A stretch of DNA of 64,000 bases from contig CAVTZY010000024.1 in NCBI GenBank assembly GCA_963739235.1, positions 282,123-346,122 on the forward strand, in the 5' to 3' direction. Both the position numbers and the translations under genes were made by a program. Below are positions 41,407 to 51,089 of the stretch, one piece after another; position 1 is the first letter of the stretch, and every line of letters starts with the position of its first letter. The notes beneath the pieces are model-generated. The model saw only the letters and a program-made list of their open reading frames with translations. It had not been told where the DNA came from and did not search any database. The stretch comes from Terriglobia bacterium (lineage in GTDB: Bacteria > Acidobacteriota > UBA6911).

Positions 41407-41707
41407 AGTCACCAATGTGTCGCGGCACGGGTTTTGGCTTCTGATTGATGAGCAAGAGCTCTTTCTCCCTTTCGACAAATTCCCTTGGTTTCGGGATGTG
41501 CCGATCGGACAGTTGCTTAAGGTAGAGCAACCACATCCTTCATACCTCCATTGGCCCGATCTAGATGTCGATCTCGCAGTTGAGTCGATCGAGTTTCCTG
41601 AACGCTTCCCTCTGGTAAGTCGTGCACGGCCTAACAACGAGCTGCAGCGGCCGTGTGCTGCCAGAGGTGAGGCCACGAGGAACAAGCGGAATCGCGCACG
41701 CCGCTGA
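41366..41707 (+). CDS. DUF2442-family protein (start uncertain; overlaps previous gene)
   Basis: 113-aa ORF; DUF4160/DUF2442 pairs are a recurrent two-gene module. Confidence 0.5.
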   Translation: MRSALPGKNISEVEVTNVSRHGFWLLIDEQELFLPFDKFPWFRDVPIGQLLKVEQPHPSYLHWPDLDVDLAVESIEFPERFPLVSRARPNNELQRPCAARGEATRNKRNRARR

Positions 41708-42171
41708 GCGAGTGAGTCAGGCGGCGTGATGACAGGCGGTGCCCGGTCATAATGTCCCCATTGTGCTCAGGAGCTAAAACGAGTACTTGAGTGCGATCTC
41801 GATTTCCCGTGCCCGGTCCGCTGCCGCGCTCCCGGTGACGACCATTGCGCCGTTGCGCGGCGGGTCGAACATCAAAGGTTCGAAAGATGCGACGTTGTCG
41901 TGCAGCGACCGATAAAACGGGAAGTAGTTGTAAGACAGCGCCATTGCGCCGCCCGGGGTATATGGGAAGACGAGCCAGAGCCCTAGAGGGCGAGAGAAAG
42001 ATCTCCCCTTAACTTGGTGCCATTCGTGACGCTCCCTATTTTGCGTTTGCCGATCATCTGGGTTGCATCCCTAGTTTCGACAGTGTTTTTCGCGACCCGG
42101 ATCTTCCATTATTGAGGTTGTCGCGGAATTTTCTGCGTGATACGGTCATGGCCATCGGTGGAGGTGCCAGA

Positions 42172-43875
42172 ATGCATCGCTTCGTGATTTCCATGATCCT
42201 GGCCGGCGTTATTTCAGCCGGCACGCTTTGTGCGGCCGACGGCCCGCGTTTTGAAGTTTCCTTTGCGCAGTCCGCTCACCCGCAACCCATCACCGGGCGC
42301 GTTTTCGTGGTCCTCTCGAAAACCGACACGCCGGAACCGCGCTTGCAGGCCGGCGCGTGGCGGACGTCGGAAACGCCATTTTTCGGCCTCAACGTCGAGC
42401 AATGGAAACCCGGGCAGGCGACGGTAATCGACGCGTCGACGCCCGGCTATCCGCTCAAGAGCCTCAAGGATGTACCCGCGGGCGACTACTTTGTGCAGGC
42501 TCTGGCAAATGTCTATACCCGATTCCAGCGCTCAGACGGCCACACGATCTGGGTCCACATGGACCAGTGGGAGGGACAGAAATTCGATCGATCTCCGGGC
42601 AACTTGTATAGCGAGGTGCAAAGGATTCACCTGGATCTCGCGGCGGGCCATGATGTGAAGCTCCAACTCACCAAGGTGATTCCGCCGGTTGACATGCCGC
42701 CGGACACGGCCTGGGTAAAGCGCGTGAGAATCCAGAGCAAGCTGTTGACGGAGTTTTGGGGTCACCCGTTTCTCCTGGGCGCGACGGTGCTGCTGCCGAA
42801 GGATTACGACCGGCATCCTGAAGAGCGCTATCCGGTGATCTATGTTCAGGGGCACTTCGGACTCGGCGCCCCGTTCGCCTTCAGCGAAAAACCACCCGCG
42901 TCCGGGCGTGGGGGGGCGGGCTACGAATTCGGGCAGGAATGGATGTCCGATGGTTTTCCGCGCATGATTGCGGTGACGTTCCAGCATCCAACGCCGTATT
43001 TTGATGATTCCTACGCTGTGAATTCAGCCAATAACGGCCCGTACGGCGACGCCCTGTTCGGCGAGTTGATCCCGTATCTCGAGCAGCATTTCCGCTTCAG
43101 CCGCGAACCCTATGCACGTGTGCTCACCGGCGGCTCGACGGGCGGATGGGAATCGCTCGCACTCCAGGTGCATCATCCTGAGTTTTTCGGGGGCACGTGG
43201 ACGTTTTACCCCGATCCGGTCGATTTCCGGCGCTGGGAAATGATCAACATTTACGAGGACCCGAACGCGTTTGAAGTTCCCGGCATTCAGTACGTGGCCC
43301 GGGAACGCCCGATGATGCGCACGGCGGAAGGACAGGTGGTCGAGACCGTGCGGCAGAAGAGTCAACTGGAGGCGGTGCTCGGAAGCAAGGGCCGTTCGGC
43401 CGAGCAGTACATGGCTTGGGAGGCGGTTTACGGACCCGTGGGCGCGGACGGATATCCTGTGCCGCTGTGGGACAAAGTGACGGGCAAGATCAATCGCGAC
43501 GTGGCAAATTACATGCGCGACCACGGATACGATCTTTCTTACTTTGTGCGAACGAATTGGGCCCGGCTCGGTCCGCAGCTGAACGGCAAGCTGCATCTTT
43601 ACTGCGGCGAAATGGACAACTACCACCTGAACCTGGCGGTCTATCTGTTCGAAGAGTTCATGAAGACGACCGATGCAGCCGCGACCTTCGAGTACGGACG
43701 GCCCATGAAGGGTCACGGATGGCATCCGATGAGCGATGCGGAGTTGGTGAGGATGATGGCCGCGCAAATCGAAAAGAGCAGGCCCGCCCGCTGGGAAACC
43801 ACTCCAACCCCATTCTGTCCCTGTGAGAACATTACTTGTTCTTTCCACTGGTGCAGAATAGGGTGGCGTCCGTAG
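42172..43875 (+). CDS. Secreted esterase-family alpha/beta hydrolase, copy 2 (intact paralogue of 34511..36134)
   Basis: ORF track 42112..43875; start chosen at MHRFVISMILAGVISAG to match copy 1; ~97% nt identity to copy 1 over ~1.7 kb; GxSxG motif LTGGSTGGWESL. Confidence 0.75.
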   Translation: MHRFVISMILAGVISAGTLCAADGPRFEVSFAQSAHPQPITGRVFVVLSKTDTPEPRLQAGAWRTSETPFFGLNVEQWKPGQATVIDASTPGYPLKSLKDVPAGDYFVQALANVYTRFQRSDGHTIWVHMDQWEGQKFDRSPGNLYSEVQRIHLDLAAGHDVKLQLTKVIPPVDMPPDTAWVKRVRIQSKLLTEFWGHPFLLGATVLLPKDYDRHPEERYPVIYVQGHFGLGAPFAFSEKPPASGRGGAGYEFGQEWMSDGFPRMIAVTFQHPTPYFDDSYAVNSANNGPYGDALFGELIPYLEQHFRFSREPYARVLTGGSTGGWESLALQVHHPEFFGGTWTFYPDPVDFRRWEMINIYEDPNAFEVPGIQYVARERPMMRTAEGQVVETVRQKSQLEAVLGSKGRSAEQYMAWEAVYGPVGADGYPVPLWDKVTGKINRDVANYMRDHGYDLSYFVRTNWARLGPQLNGKLHLYCGEMDNYHLNLAVYLFEEFMKTTDAAATFEYGRPMKGHGWHPMSDAELVRMMAAQIEKSRPARWETTPTPFCPCENITCSFHWCRIGWRP

Positions 43876-44399
43876 TCGCTCGGAAGTTGCTGCACGTGAT
43901 CGATCCTAGGTTCAAAAATCAGGCCTGTTTTTTTGATGCAAGCGGGAATTTGAAGGGTGAAGAATTGTCGAAATATTATCCGGCCGGAACCTTGCCGTCG
44001 TCAGCCCGCCGTCCCCCGAATAACGGTGGTGGTGTCCCCGATTTCCCATAGATATGTCCATATTTCGCCGGGACTGCAGTTACTAAGAGGGGCGAATAAG
44101 TCACAGGAAAGCTATACTCGCGTGCAATTCTTCCTCGAGAAAATCGCTCTCAAAGGCAGGAACCAGGAACGCAGGCCAAACCTGCGTTATTATGCATCAA
44201 ATTCCAGCTTCGAATATGAACATCGATAGTCTCCTGCCTCATAAACGGATTGCGTCCGCTGCGTCCCATATGCGTTGCGCCCGGATTTCATGCAGAGTCG
44301 CAGATACGGCCCCCACTATCCCGTTGTTTGGGAAAGAATATGCTGCTATCATGTGAATCATGATGCTTCATATTGTGCTGCATTAGAGCGAGAGGCTGA

Positions 44400-44657
44400 A
44401 TGAAAACCATTACCATCCGGAAGATTCCTCCAAGGGTTGAACGGGCGATCCGCCAGCGGGCCCGCGTCCAGAAAACGAGCGCCAACAAAGCCGTGATTGG
44501 CCTGATCGAGGATCACCTCGGAAATTCGGTTTCGGAATCCGCCGCCGAATACCGTGACCTGGACGAACTCGCCGGGCTTTGGAGCGAACGCGAGGCCACA
44601 TCTTTCAACGAAATCCTGGCCCGACAGAGAGCCCTGGATAAGGAACTCTGGAAATGA
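44400..44657 (+). CDS. vapB: VapB-like antitoxin (ribbon-helix-helix/Arc-type)
   Basis: 85 aa; MKTITIRKIPPRVERAIRQRA typical RHH antitoxin; ATGA overlap with PIN gene. Confidence 0.65.
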   Translation: MKTITIRKIPPRVERAIRQRARVQKTSANKAVIGLIEDHLGNSVSESAAEYRDLDELAGLWSEREATSFNEILARQRALDKELWK

Positions 44658-45055
44658 AGCGTCTGCTGTTGGATACTTCCGCCTATTCCGGCCTGCTGCG
44701 AGGTCACGAAGAAATCCACCGTCGCATCCGTCAGGCGGATGAAGTCTATGTCAATCCGATCGTCCTGGGCGAGCTGCGCGCCGGATTCGGGGCAGGGAGA
44801 CAAGCCCGGAAAAACGAGGGCTATCTCGGGCGCTTCCTGGCCTCGCCGCGAGTTGCTGTGCTGTCGATCGATGCGGAAACCTCCGAGCGCTACGCCTTAA
44901 TCCTGAAATCCCTTTGGGCGGCTGCATCCCCTGTGCCGACCAACGACATTTGGATCGCGGCCAGCGCCATGCAACATGGGCTTGCGGTGGTCACCACGGA
45001 TGCTCACTTCCTAAGGATTGCGCAAATCCTGGTTATCCATTTGCCTTCCCATTGA
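44654..45055 (+). CDS. vapC: PIN-domain toxin VapC
   Basis: 133 aa; LLDTSAY..., ...NDIWIAASAMQHGLAVVTTDAHF conserved PIN acidic residues. Confidence 0.8.
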   Translation: MKRLLLDTSAYSGLLRGHEEIHRRIRQADEVYVNPIVLGELRAGFGAGRQARKNEGYLGRFLASPRVAVLSIDAETSERYALILKSLWAAASPVPTNDIWIAASAMQHGLAVVTTDAHFLRIAQILVIHLPSH

Positions 45056-45065
45056 GGAATTTCTG

Positions 45066-45324
45066 GCGCTTAGATAAGGATTTCAATTGGGACCCTGAAA
45101 GGGTCCAGCAGCAAAGCCCAGGGCGCAAGCCCTGGGAACTGACGTTTGGCAAGGAATCAGCCCTGAAAGGGCGGTGCAGGCTGCGCCGCCCTTTCAGGGC
45201 TGGTTTCCCGGATGAACATGATCCCAGGGCTCACGCCCTGGGCTTTGCTGCCCCGCCCCTTCAGGGCTTAATCACTTGATTTGGCGGGACTAACAGGTGA
45301 TTGGGGCATTCTTAACTAAGCGCC
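45066..45324. repeat. MITE-like ~259-bp element (left copy) with 14-bp terminal inverted repeats (ggcgcttagataag / cttaactaagcgcc) and internal cluster of perfect hairpins (cccagggcgcaagccctggg; cagccctgaaagggcgg...ccgccctttcagggctg)
   Basis: Reverse complement occurs at 57413..57672; ends are mutual inverted repeats; followed at 45330..45405 by a 24-bp-stem perfect hairpin gacaggcgccataacctcgaaatt/aatttcgaggttatggcgcctgtc. Confidence 0.75.
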
Positions 45325-45407
45325 ATTCGAGACAGGCGCCATAACCTCGAAATTTCATGGGAAACAGGTTCCTCGAATCGCCAGTAATTTCGAGGTTATG
45401 GCGCCTG

Positions 45408-46703
45408 TCACCGTAATGGCCCTGCGCGCGAGGATTGGACGGAGGCGCAGAACAGGGCGCCCGCCCATGCCCCCAGGCAGGCCATCAGGATATCCGTGAC
45501 GCCGGCAGAGCGTGTCGGCAAAAAAGTCTGGGCGAATTCTATTCCTGCGGCCAGGATCATAGCGTAGGCAACGACAAACCCGCGCCGGTTACGGGCCAGA
45601 GACAGCTGCAGCAATCCCCCCAGCATGGCAAAGCTGACCATGGTAAGGACCAGGTCATAAAGCGCAATCGGTGTCCGCCGACTGCAATATTCATAAAACG
45701 GGATCCATTGAAAAGGCGGCTGCCGCGACCAGGCGGCAAAGCGGAAAGGACTTAATCCGGCGGCAATCAAGGCCAGGTTCATCACCAGCAGTCCCATGGG
45801 CGCACGCACCGCGGCGGGCATGCCGAAACCTACGGTGAATCCGGCAATGGATCCCAACAGATCGATCACCAAAGCATGCAACAAAGGAGGGTGCGCCTCC
45901 ACGAGCAGGCGGGCACACCCCAGTGCCAGAGGCAAAAGCGCCACCAGTGCCACAGCGCACCCGATTGACATGGGTGAACGCTTGCGCCTCCCGGGAACGG
46001 CTAGGCGGCTGGCCAGTGCCCCGATCAGCGCAAAACCCGCCATCTGCACCCACTCCTGGCCTATCGCGGATACTGAGTGCCAGGAGCCGGCTGTGAGCGC
46101 AGCCAGGCCGGAGTTAAAGCGCGAGAAGTAGTCCGGATCAATATCGAGCGGTCCGACAATAAAAACCATGGACGAGATCAGCATCCACAAGTAGATGTTC
46201 CTGCGCTCGTCGGTGCTTCCGGTAAGGAAATCGAGCACCCGCTTGCCGAACGCACGCGCCATGGCCGCTCCCGCCAATGCGCCGATGCCGTTGTTCAACA
46301 TGTCGGTGGTCCCGGAAGAACGACCCGGGATTGCCAACTGCAGAATCTCTGCGGCCAATCCGAGAGTCATTCCTATCGCAAACCACTTCCACAGCGCCCA
46401 CGACTTGTTTTTTTCAGTACGGTACATGAACCCGAAAAAGCCAAGAGGCACGGACAAGAGTATGTTGGCGGCGATGTCGGGAATTCCATGCATGCGCCCG
46501 CCCGGCGTATCCCAATAGGGAATCAGGCTGATATGCGACCAGGAATCCAGGAGATGACGATTCGAAATATCAAGGGTGAAGGGAAACAGCGCGCCATAGC
46601 AAAAGACCAGGACGGAAAAGTGGTAACCGTAGGTCGAGAGCAGGCGGGAAGCCTCCAACGGGAGTGTGCCGCATTCGGATTCCATCACGATTGATTTCGG
46701 CAC
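45408..46703 (-). CDS. VanZ-like family membrane protein (tandem VanZ-like domains)
   Basis: 431 aa, multi-TM; GRSSGTTDMLNNGIGALAG and TRSAGVTDILMACLGAWAG resemble the VanZ-family motif twice. Confidence 0.65.
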   Translation of the reverse strand: MPKSIVMESECGTLPLEASRLLSTYGYHFSVLVFCYGALFPFTLDISNRHLLDSWSHISLIPYWDTPGGRMHGIPDIAANILLSVPLGFFGFMYRTEKNKSWALWKWFAIGMTLGLAAEILQLAIPGRSSGTTDMLNNGIGALAGAAMARAFGKRVLDFLTGSTDERRNIYLWMLISSMVFIVGPLDIDPDYFSRFNSGLAALTAGSWHSVSAIGQEWVQMAGFALIGALASRLAVPGRRKRSPMSIGCAVALVALLPLALGCARLLVEAHPPLLHALVIDLLGSIAGFTVGFGMPAAVRAPMGLLVMNLALIAAGLSPFRFAAWSRQPPFQWIPFYEYCSRRTPIALYDLVLTMVSFAMLGGLLQLSLARNRRGFVVAYAMILAAGIEFAQTFLPTRSAGVTDILMACLGAWAGALFCASVQSSRAGPLR

Positions 46704-46739
46704 ACTCTCTTCCTTGCGGACGCGATGCTCCGGACTCGC

Positions 46740-48068
46740 TCAGTCCCTCATAAAATGAGGCATTTCAGGGGAAAGCTCGACAATCTGAGGTGCGGGTGGC
46801 CCGCCCTCGCCTCGAAGTCGGGCCGAGTTTCTTGACTCTATGGGCTGCTTCGAAAGTGGTGCCAGAGCAGATTTCCACAGGAGCCTGGCTATGCGGATCG
46901 GGAAGTACAGAAAAGACAATTGCGTGGGGAGTTCGAGGCAGATCCAATCGTGATATCGAGGCAAAAATATCATCCTGGTAAGTATTCGAATGCGGTCCGG
47001 CCATCGATCTGCCAGCCTGGCTTGATAAAAACAGCGCTCCATGGCAGTAAGCGGCGGAAGATCCGGGGCGAACAGACGGCTTTGGGCTAACGCTGCCAGG
47101 TCAAGTAGAGGCGCGTCCTCCCTGATTCGTCCCCGAACCTCTTCGGGAATTTCCACTCCGCAGAGATCATGCGCCATGACCAGGCCGAGCAGAAGCACCC
47201 GCTCGCTCCCGGAATCGCGGGCCTGTTTGAAAAGCCACTCCCAGTTCATATGTGGATTGGCGCGGACAAGTTCAGCCACGCCGCAAATCCATTCAAGTTT
47301 CTCCCACAAGTGCCTGCCGCCGTGAGCGCAGAGGATCAGAAGCAAGTCCATGTTTGAGAGATTGCGGACTCTTTTGCCTGCGAGATCGGCCCATTCAACC
47401 CGATTCCAGACACCCTGCATATCGATGGCGCATGGGAAAAAGATCGGGGCCACCTTCCAGTGAAGCTCAACACATGTTGAGTTGCCCTCGTGTCGATAGG
47501 GAATCTCGTATTGCGTCCACAGGAATGATGCCGATCGCGCCTGCGGAATCTCCTGGGTTGCCTTGTATCCTTGATCGCGCAACAAGGCCTCTGCCTGGGC
47601 GACTTTGTTTTCCGGGACCAGAATGTCGAGATCCTCGAATTGCCGGAACGCCAGGTTGCCGTATATCGACCTCGCCAGGACCGGACCTTTGAACGGGAGT
47701 GCCGGGATTCCGTGATTTTCAAAGAGTGTCAGGATCTTGATCAGTTCAGCGGTCAGCAGGAGATTCCTGGCGCTATTGTTCACAAAGCACTCGCGGAGCT
47801 CCTGTAGGACGGCGCGCGGCACCAGATCAGGACTGATAGAATGCAGGTGCCAATAGAGAAGGGGCATCAGACCGTGCCTGCGGCTTGCGGCAATGAGGCT
47901 GGGCCAATCGATCTCCGTTGCGAGCAGGCTCCTGATCCGCTCGGCGGTTTCCGCATTCATGCTTATCCGGGCCGAGCACCGAAGCAGCTCATCTTCGCGA
48001 CGCAGAGGCCCCTCAGCCTGGTTCGACCTCGTTGGGATGAATCGCTGCATCCTTGTATGGAGTTTCAT
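46740..48068 (-). CDS. Uncharacterised nucleotidyltransferase-family protein (PF14907-like) of the kind found in HPr-kinase-associated lasso peptide clusters
   Basis: Start ATG 48068 overlaps ABC stop (ATGA coupling); LLRCSARISMNAETAERIRSLLATEIDWPSLIAASRRHGLMPLLY...IPALPFKGPVLARSIYGNLAFRQFEDLDILV matches this family pattern (LL.CAR...IDW..L...A..HGV.PLLY...GI..IPLKGP.LA..LYG....R.F.DLDLLV). Confidence 0.6.
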   Translation of the reverse strand: MKLHTRMQRFIPTRSNQAEGPLRREDELLRCSARISMNAETAERIRSLLATEIDWPSLIAASRRHGLMPLLYWHLHSISPDLVPRAVLQELRECFVNNSARNLLLTAELIKILTLFENHGIPALPFKGPVLARSIYGNLAFRQFEDLDILVPENKVAQAEALLRDQGYKATQEIPQARSASFLWTQYEIPYRHEGNSTCVELHWKVAPIFFPCAIDMQGVWNRVEWADLAGKRVRNLSNMDLLLILCAHGGRHLWEKLEWICGVAELVRANPHMNWEWLFKQARDSGSERVLLLGLVMAHDLCGVEIPEEVRGRIREDAPLLDLAALAQSRLFAPDLPPLTAMERCFYQARLADRWPDRIRILTRMIFLPRYHDWICLELPTQLSFLYFPIRIARLLWKSALAPLSKQPIESRNSARLRGEGGPPAPQIVELSPEMPHFMRD

Positions 48069-49897
48069 ACCGGCGTTTCTATCTGCTTTGTCCAGGATTC
48101 CGCGTACCTGCCATCCCTTGAAAGCAGCTGGTTGTGAGTCCCCGATTCTACGATCCGGCCGTCCGCCATTACGTGAATGATGTCGGCACCCATGGCCGTG
48201 GTCAAACGGTGAGTGATGATGACGGTAGTGTGGCCCTCCACAAGCCGGCGAAACTGCGCCAGCCAGACAGCCTCTGCCCAGGGATCCATTGCGCTGGTGG
48301 GCTCGTCGAGTAGAAGGATGGGAGCGCGGCGCAGCAAAGCCCGGGCCAGCCCGATTTTCTGCCATTCGCCCGCGCTCAGTTCAGCTCCACTCTCGAACCA
48401 ACGGCCCAGCATGTTGTCGTAACCCTTCGGCAGGGCGGCGATGAATTCTTTCGCCCCAGCCGCGCATGCGGCAGCTTCGACGTCCTCGCTTTGGGGATCT
48501 GCCTTCAGATCGCCAAGCGCGATGTTCTCGCGCACCGTGACGTTGTAGTGAATCGGCACCTGATACAGCACGCTGATTCGGTGACGGAGTTCCTCGAGGC
48601 TGAAAGCGCGAAGATCGGTGCCGTCGAAACTTACTCGACCTTCACCCGGGTCGTAGAGGCGGCAAAGCAGTTTGATCAGCGTGCTCTTGCCTGCGCCGTT
48701 CGGACCCACGATCGCTGCAATCTGTCCGGCCGGGATCAGCAGGTTGAAATTGTCGAGAGCCTTCCGCTCGGTGCCGGGATAGCGGAAGGTCACATGCTCG
48801 AAGCAAACGCCGTATCGCAAAGCGGTCGGCGCCGGCAGGGGATGCGGTGGATCCACCAATTTGGGTTCCAGATCCAAAAAAGCAAACAGGTTGCCGAGGA
48901 ACAGAATGTCGGCGTAGATTTGACCCGTGTTTTGCAGCAATGAGCGCAACAGGAGTTGCCCGTGATTAAAGGCCTGATAAAAAAGCGCCAAGTCTCCAAG
49001 GGTGACCAGCCCCTGCAGAGCCCGCCACGCCAGCCACGCCAGCGCGCATCCGGTGATACCGAGAGCCATGCAGCCAGCCGCCAACTCGGCAAGAGTCTGA
49101 TTCTTCTTTAGATCCAGATGTTCATTGCGCAGCCGTTGCCGCAGAGACTGATAGGCCGATTGAAAATAACGGCCGATTCCGAAGAGACGCACTTCGGCTG
49201 CGTTCTCCCCAGTCGTGAGCAACCAGTCGTAATACCAGGTCCTGCGTTCGTCGGCAGTGGTTTGCAGGCGCCAATCGTGTTGACGCATGGTGTGGCGCAG
49301 GACCACAAAGAACGCCGGCAGACTGCTGGCCACCAGGGCGACAGGCAACCAGACGCCGAAGGAAAACAGAACTGCCGCCATCCCCACCAGCGTCACGCTG
49401 TTTTGAAACAGATTCCCGAGGTTCTCGAGCAGCGCAACGGGTCGATAGCCGGCCTCCGCCCGGGCACGGTGCAGGCGATCGAAAAATTCGGGGGTCTCGT
49501 AGAAAGCCAGGTCTGCAGCTATGGATTTGTCGTGGATCAGATTCGTGATGTGATCCTGCACCAGCTCGGACTGGGTTGAGCGTATCCACTTGGTAACGCT
49601 GCTCAAGACCTCCGTGAGGAGCACGATCCCCGCCAGCAGAATGACGATGATCAGTGCAGGCTTTGCGTTCTGCCAGGTGCCGCCCGTGCCTATGGCAGCT
49701 ACCAGGTAATTGACTACAAACCGCGTGAGGTAGGCCGTTGCCACGGGAAGCAGGCCCTGCAGAATGAGCAGAAAGATCCACGCCGCGGTATAGCCCTTGG
49801 ACGCGGCCTGTACCAGAGCTAATGCCCTGTATAGGCAGGGCAACTGGGCGCCCACTCCGTTCAGTCCGGATCTAACTCTGTGCAGGTATGTGAACAT
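48065..49897 (-). CDS. ABC exporter, fused permease + ATP-binding domains (lasso/RiPP-exporter type)
   Basis: 610 aa; 6 TM N-domain; Walker A GPNGAGKST, signature LSAGEWQKIGLARAL, Walker B ILLLDEPTSAMD, H-loop ITHRL. Confidence 0.85.
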   Translation of the reverse strand: MFTYLHRVRSGLNGVGAQLPCLYRALALVQAASKGYTAAWIFLLILQGLLPVATAYLTRFVVNYLVAAIGTGGTWQNAKPALIIVILLAGIVLLTEVLSSVTKWIRSTQSELVQDHITNLIHDKSIAADLAFYETPEFFDRLHRARAEAGYRPVALLENLGNLFQNSVTLVGMAAVLFSFGVWLPVALVASSLPAFFVVLRHTMRQHDWRLQTTADERRTWYYDWLLTTGENAAEVRLFGIGRYFQSAYQSLRQRLRNEHLDLKKNQTLAELAAGCMALGITGCALAWLAWRALQGLVTLGDLALFYQAFNHGQLLLRSLLQNTGQIYADILFLGNLFAFLDLEPKLVDPPHPLPAPTALRYGVCFEHVTFRYPGTERKALDNFNLLIPAGQIAAIVGPNGAGKSTLIKLLCRLYDPGEGRVSFDGTDLRAFSLEELRHRISVLYQVPIHYNVTVRENIALGDLKADPQSEDVEAAACAAGAKEFIAALPKGYDNMLGRWFESGAELSAGEWQKIGLARALLRRAPILLLDEPTSAMDPWAEAVWLAQFRRLVEGHTTVIITHRLTTAMGADIIHVMADGRIVESGTHNQLLSRDGRYAESWTKQIETPV

Positions 49898-50364
49898 GAC
49901 GTGATTGCATTCCGACGCATGATATTGAGCCTCTTAAAAGCGGCAAAGCGCTCGTGAACGTCATCCTGATCGTTCAGGACAACGCCGGCGTATTCAACCC
50001 ACGCGTGAGCGTCCAGTCCGGCCCCATCCTTGCGGACGCCAAACCATACATCTCCACGTATTCCTCGTTCTTGCATCAGCCACCAGAGAACGAGAGATTT
50101 CTGAAGACAGCGTGTACGAAAGAGACCTCGCTGGGATGCGATCTTGACCATCCGTGCGGCGGCACGGGCCTCTGCCAGATCGTGCCCCAGCGGACCTGGA
50201 ATCCTGCCTTCAAACCAGGATGCCAAACGGATCAGGATCGATTGACACCAACGAAAGCCCGCCAGGCGAAGACTGCAGCCCATCAGGGGCAGCATCCAAA
50301 GCGCAGAGAAAAGCATGCGGCGCTCACTGGCTGACAGCTGACGGAACTTGCCAATGCTATTCAC
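49861..50364 (-). CDS. Lasso-peptide-type B2 leader peptidase (transglutaminase-like Cys protease, PF13471-like)
   Basis: 167 aa; RTRCLQKSLVLWWLMQERGIRGDVWFGVRKDGAGLDAHAWVEYAGVVLND contains the Cys...His(AHAWVE)...Asp arrangement typical of McjB-like B2 proteins. Confidence 0.65.
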   Translation of the reverse strand: MNSIGKFRQLSASERRMLFSALWMLPLMGCSLRLAGFRWCQSILIRLASWFEGRIPGPLGHDLAEARAAARMVKIASQRGLFRTRCLQKSLVLWWLMQERGIRGDVWFGVRKDGAGLDAHAWVEYAGVVLNDQDDVHERFAAFKRLNIMRRNAITSCSHTCTELDPD

Positions 50365-50659
50365 GATGAACCTCGACCAATTGGTGTTCCAGCAGCGTTG
50401 TGATCAAATTCATGAAATCCGTTTGCAGCCGCGTTCCGTCAACATCGTATTCATTCAGCAGTTGCTCGTAGGCATCCCGGATAGAATCGGCGGCAGCCAA
50501 AACCAACCACATTCTGGTCCCGATCTCGTCCAGGCTGCAGCAGAATGGATTCCTGACACTGAGGATGACCGATTCGCCGCCAACCTCATTTATCAATGTG
50601 CCCGGTGCCACAGCCACCTTGCTCGTCATCGGGATGGCCATCAGATCTTCATCCTGCAC
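50357..50659 (-). CDS. PqqD-family RiPP recognition element (lasso B1-type)
   Basis: 100 aa; VAPGTLINEVGGESVILSVRNPFCCSLDEIGTRMWLVLAAADSIRDAYEQLLNEY typical PqqD pattern; overlaps B2 by 8 nt. Confidence 0.65.
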   Translation of the reverse strand: MQDEDLMAIPMTSKVAVAPGTLINEVGGESVILSVRNPFCCSLDEIGTRMWLVLAAADSIRDAYEQLLNEYDVDGTRLQTDFMNLITTLLEHQLVEVHRE

Positions 50660-51089
50660 AAAATAATCACATCATCGCCCCCCTGCAAAATGCCTTAGGA
50701 CACCGCTGTCGATCCGCATTCAGTTGACAAAGCGCCTCGCGAGGCCGATCGGCCGCAAACTGCATGCATTCACCGATTGTCACCGTTTTGCGAGCCACAG
50801 TGACAAGCAACACCCGTTCTTATCGTCCTTCCAGACCGGATTATTCACATAGTTATAAAACAAAGGATCTGCTTAAACAGCTGGACAACGATGCATTCCA
50901 ATTTGAGGCAGCCACTCGACGGAAACGCTACAAGCAATCGTTAAGAGCGAAAAACACGGGCAAAAATCGATTTTGGACCGGTGTTCGGCGTCGGTATCAG
51001 GGCTAATTGCTTGATTGGATGCGATCTGTTCTGATCCGACCCCCAACCCCGGCGGGATATGATCCGAGTGCTGTGCGGGAAGAGCCTAG

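Noticed and set aside
50667-50813. 32-48-aa small ORF upstream of B1 as a lasso precursor
   Set aside because: It has Thr(-2)/Gly1/Asp9 spacing, but the possible leader is at most 13-15 aa without YxxPxL, the core would be 35 aa and there is no cyclase. Kept only as a weak note within a finding.
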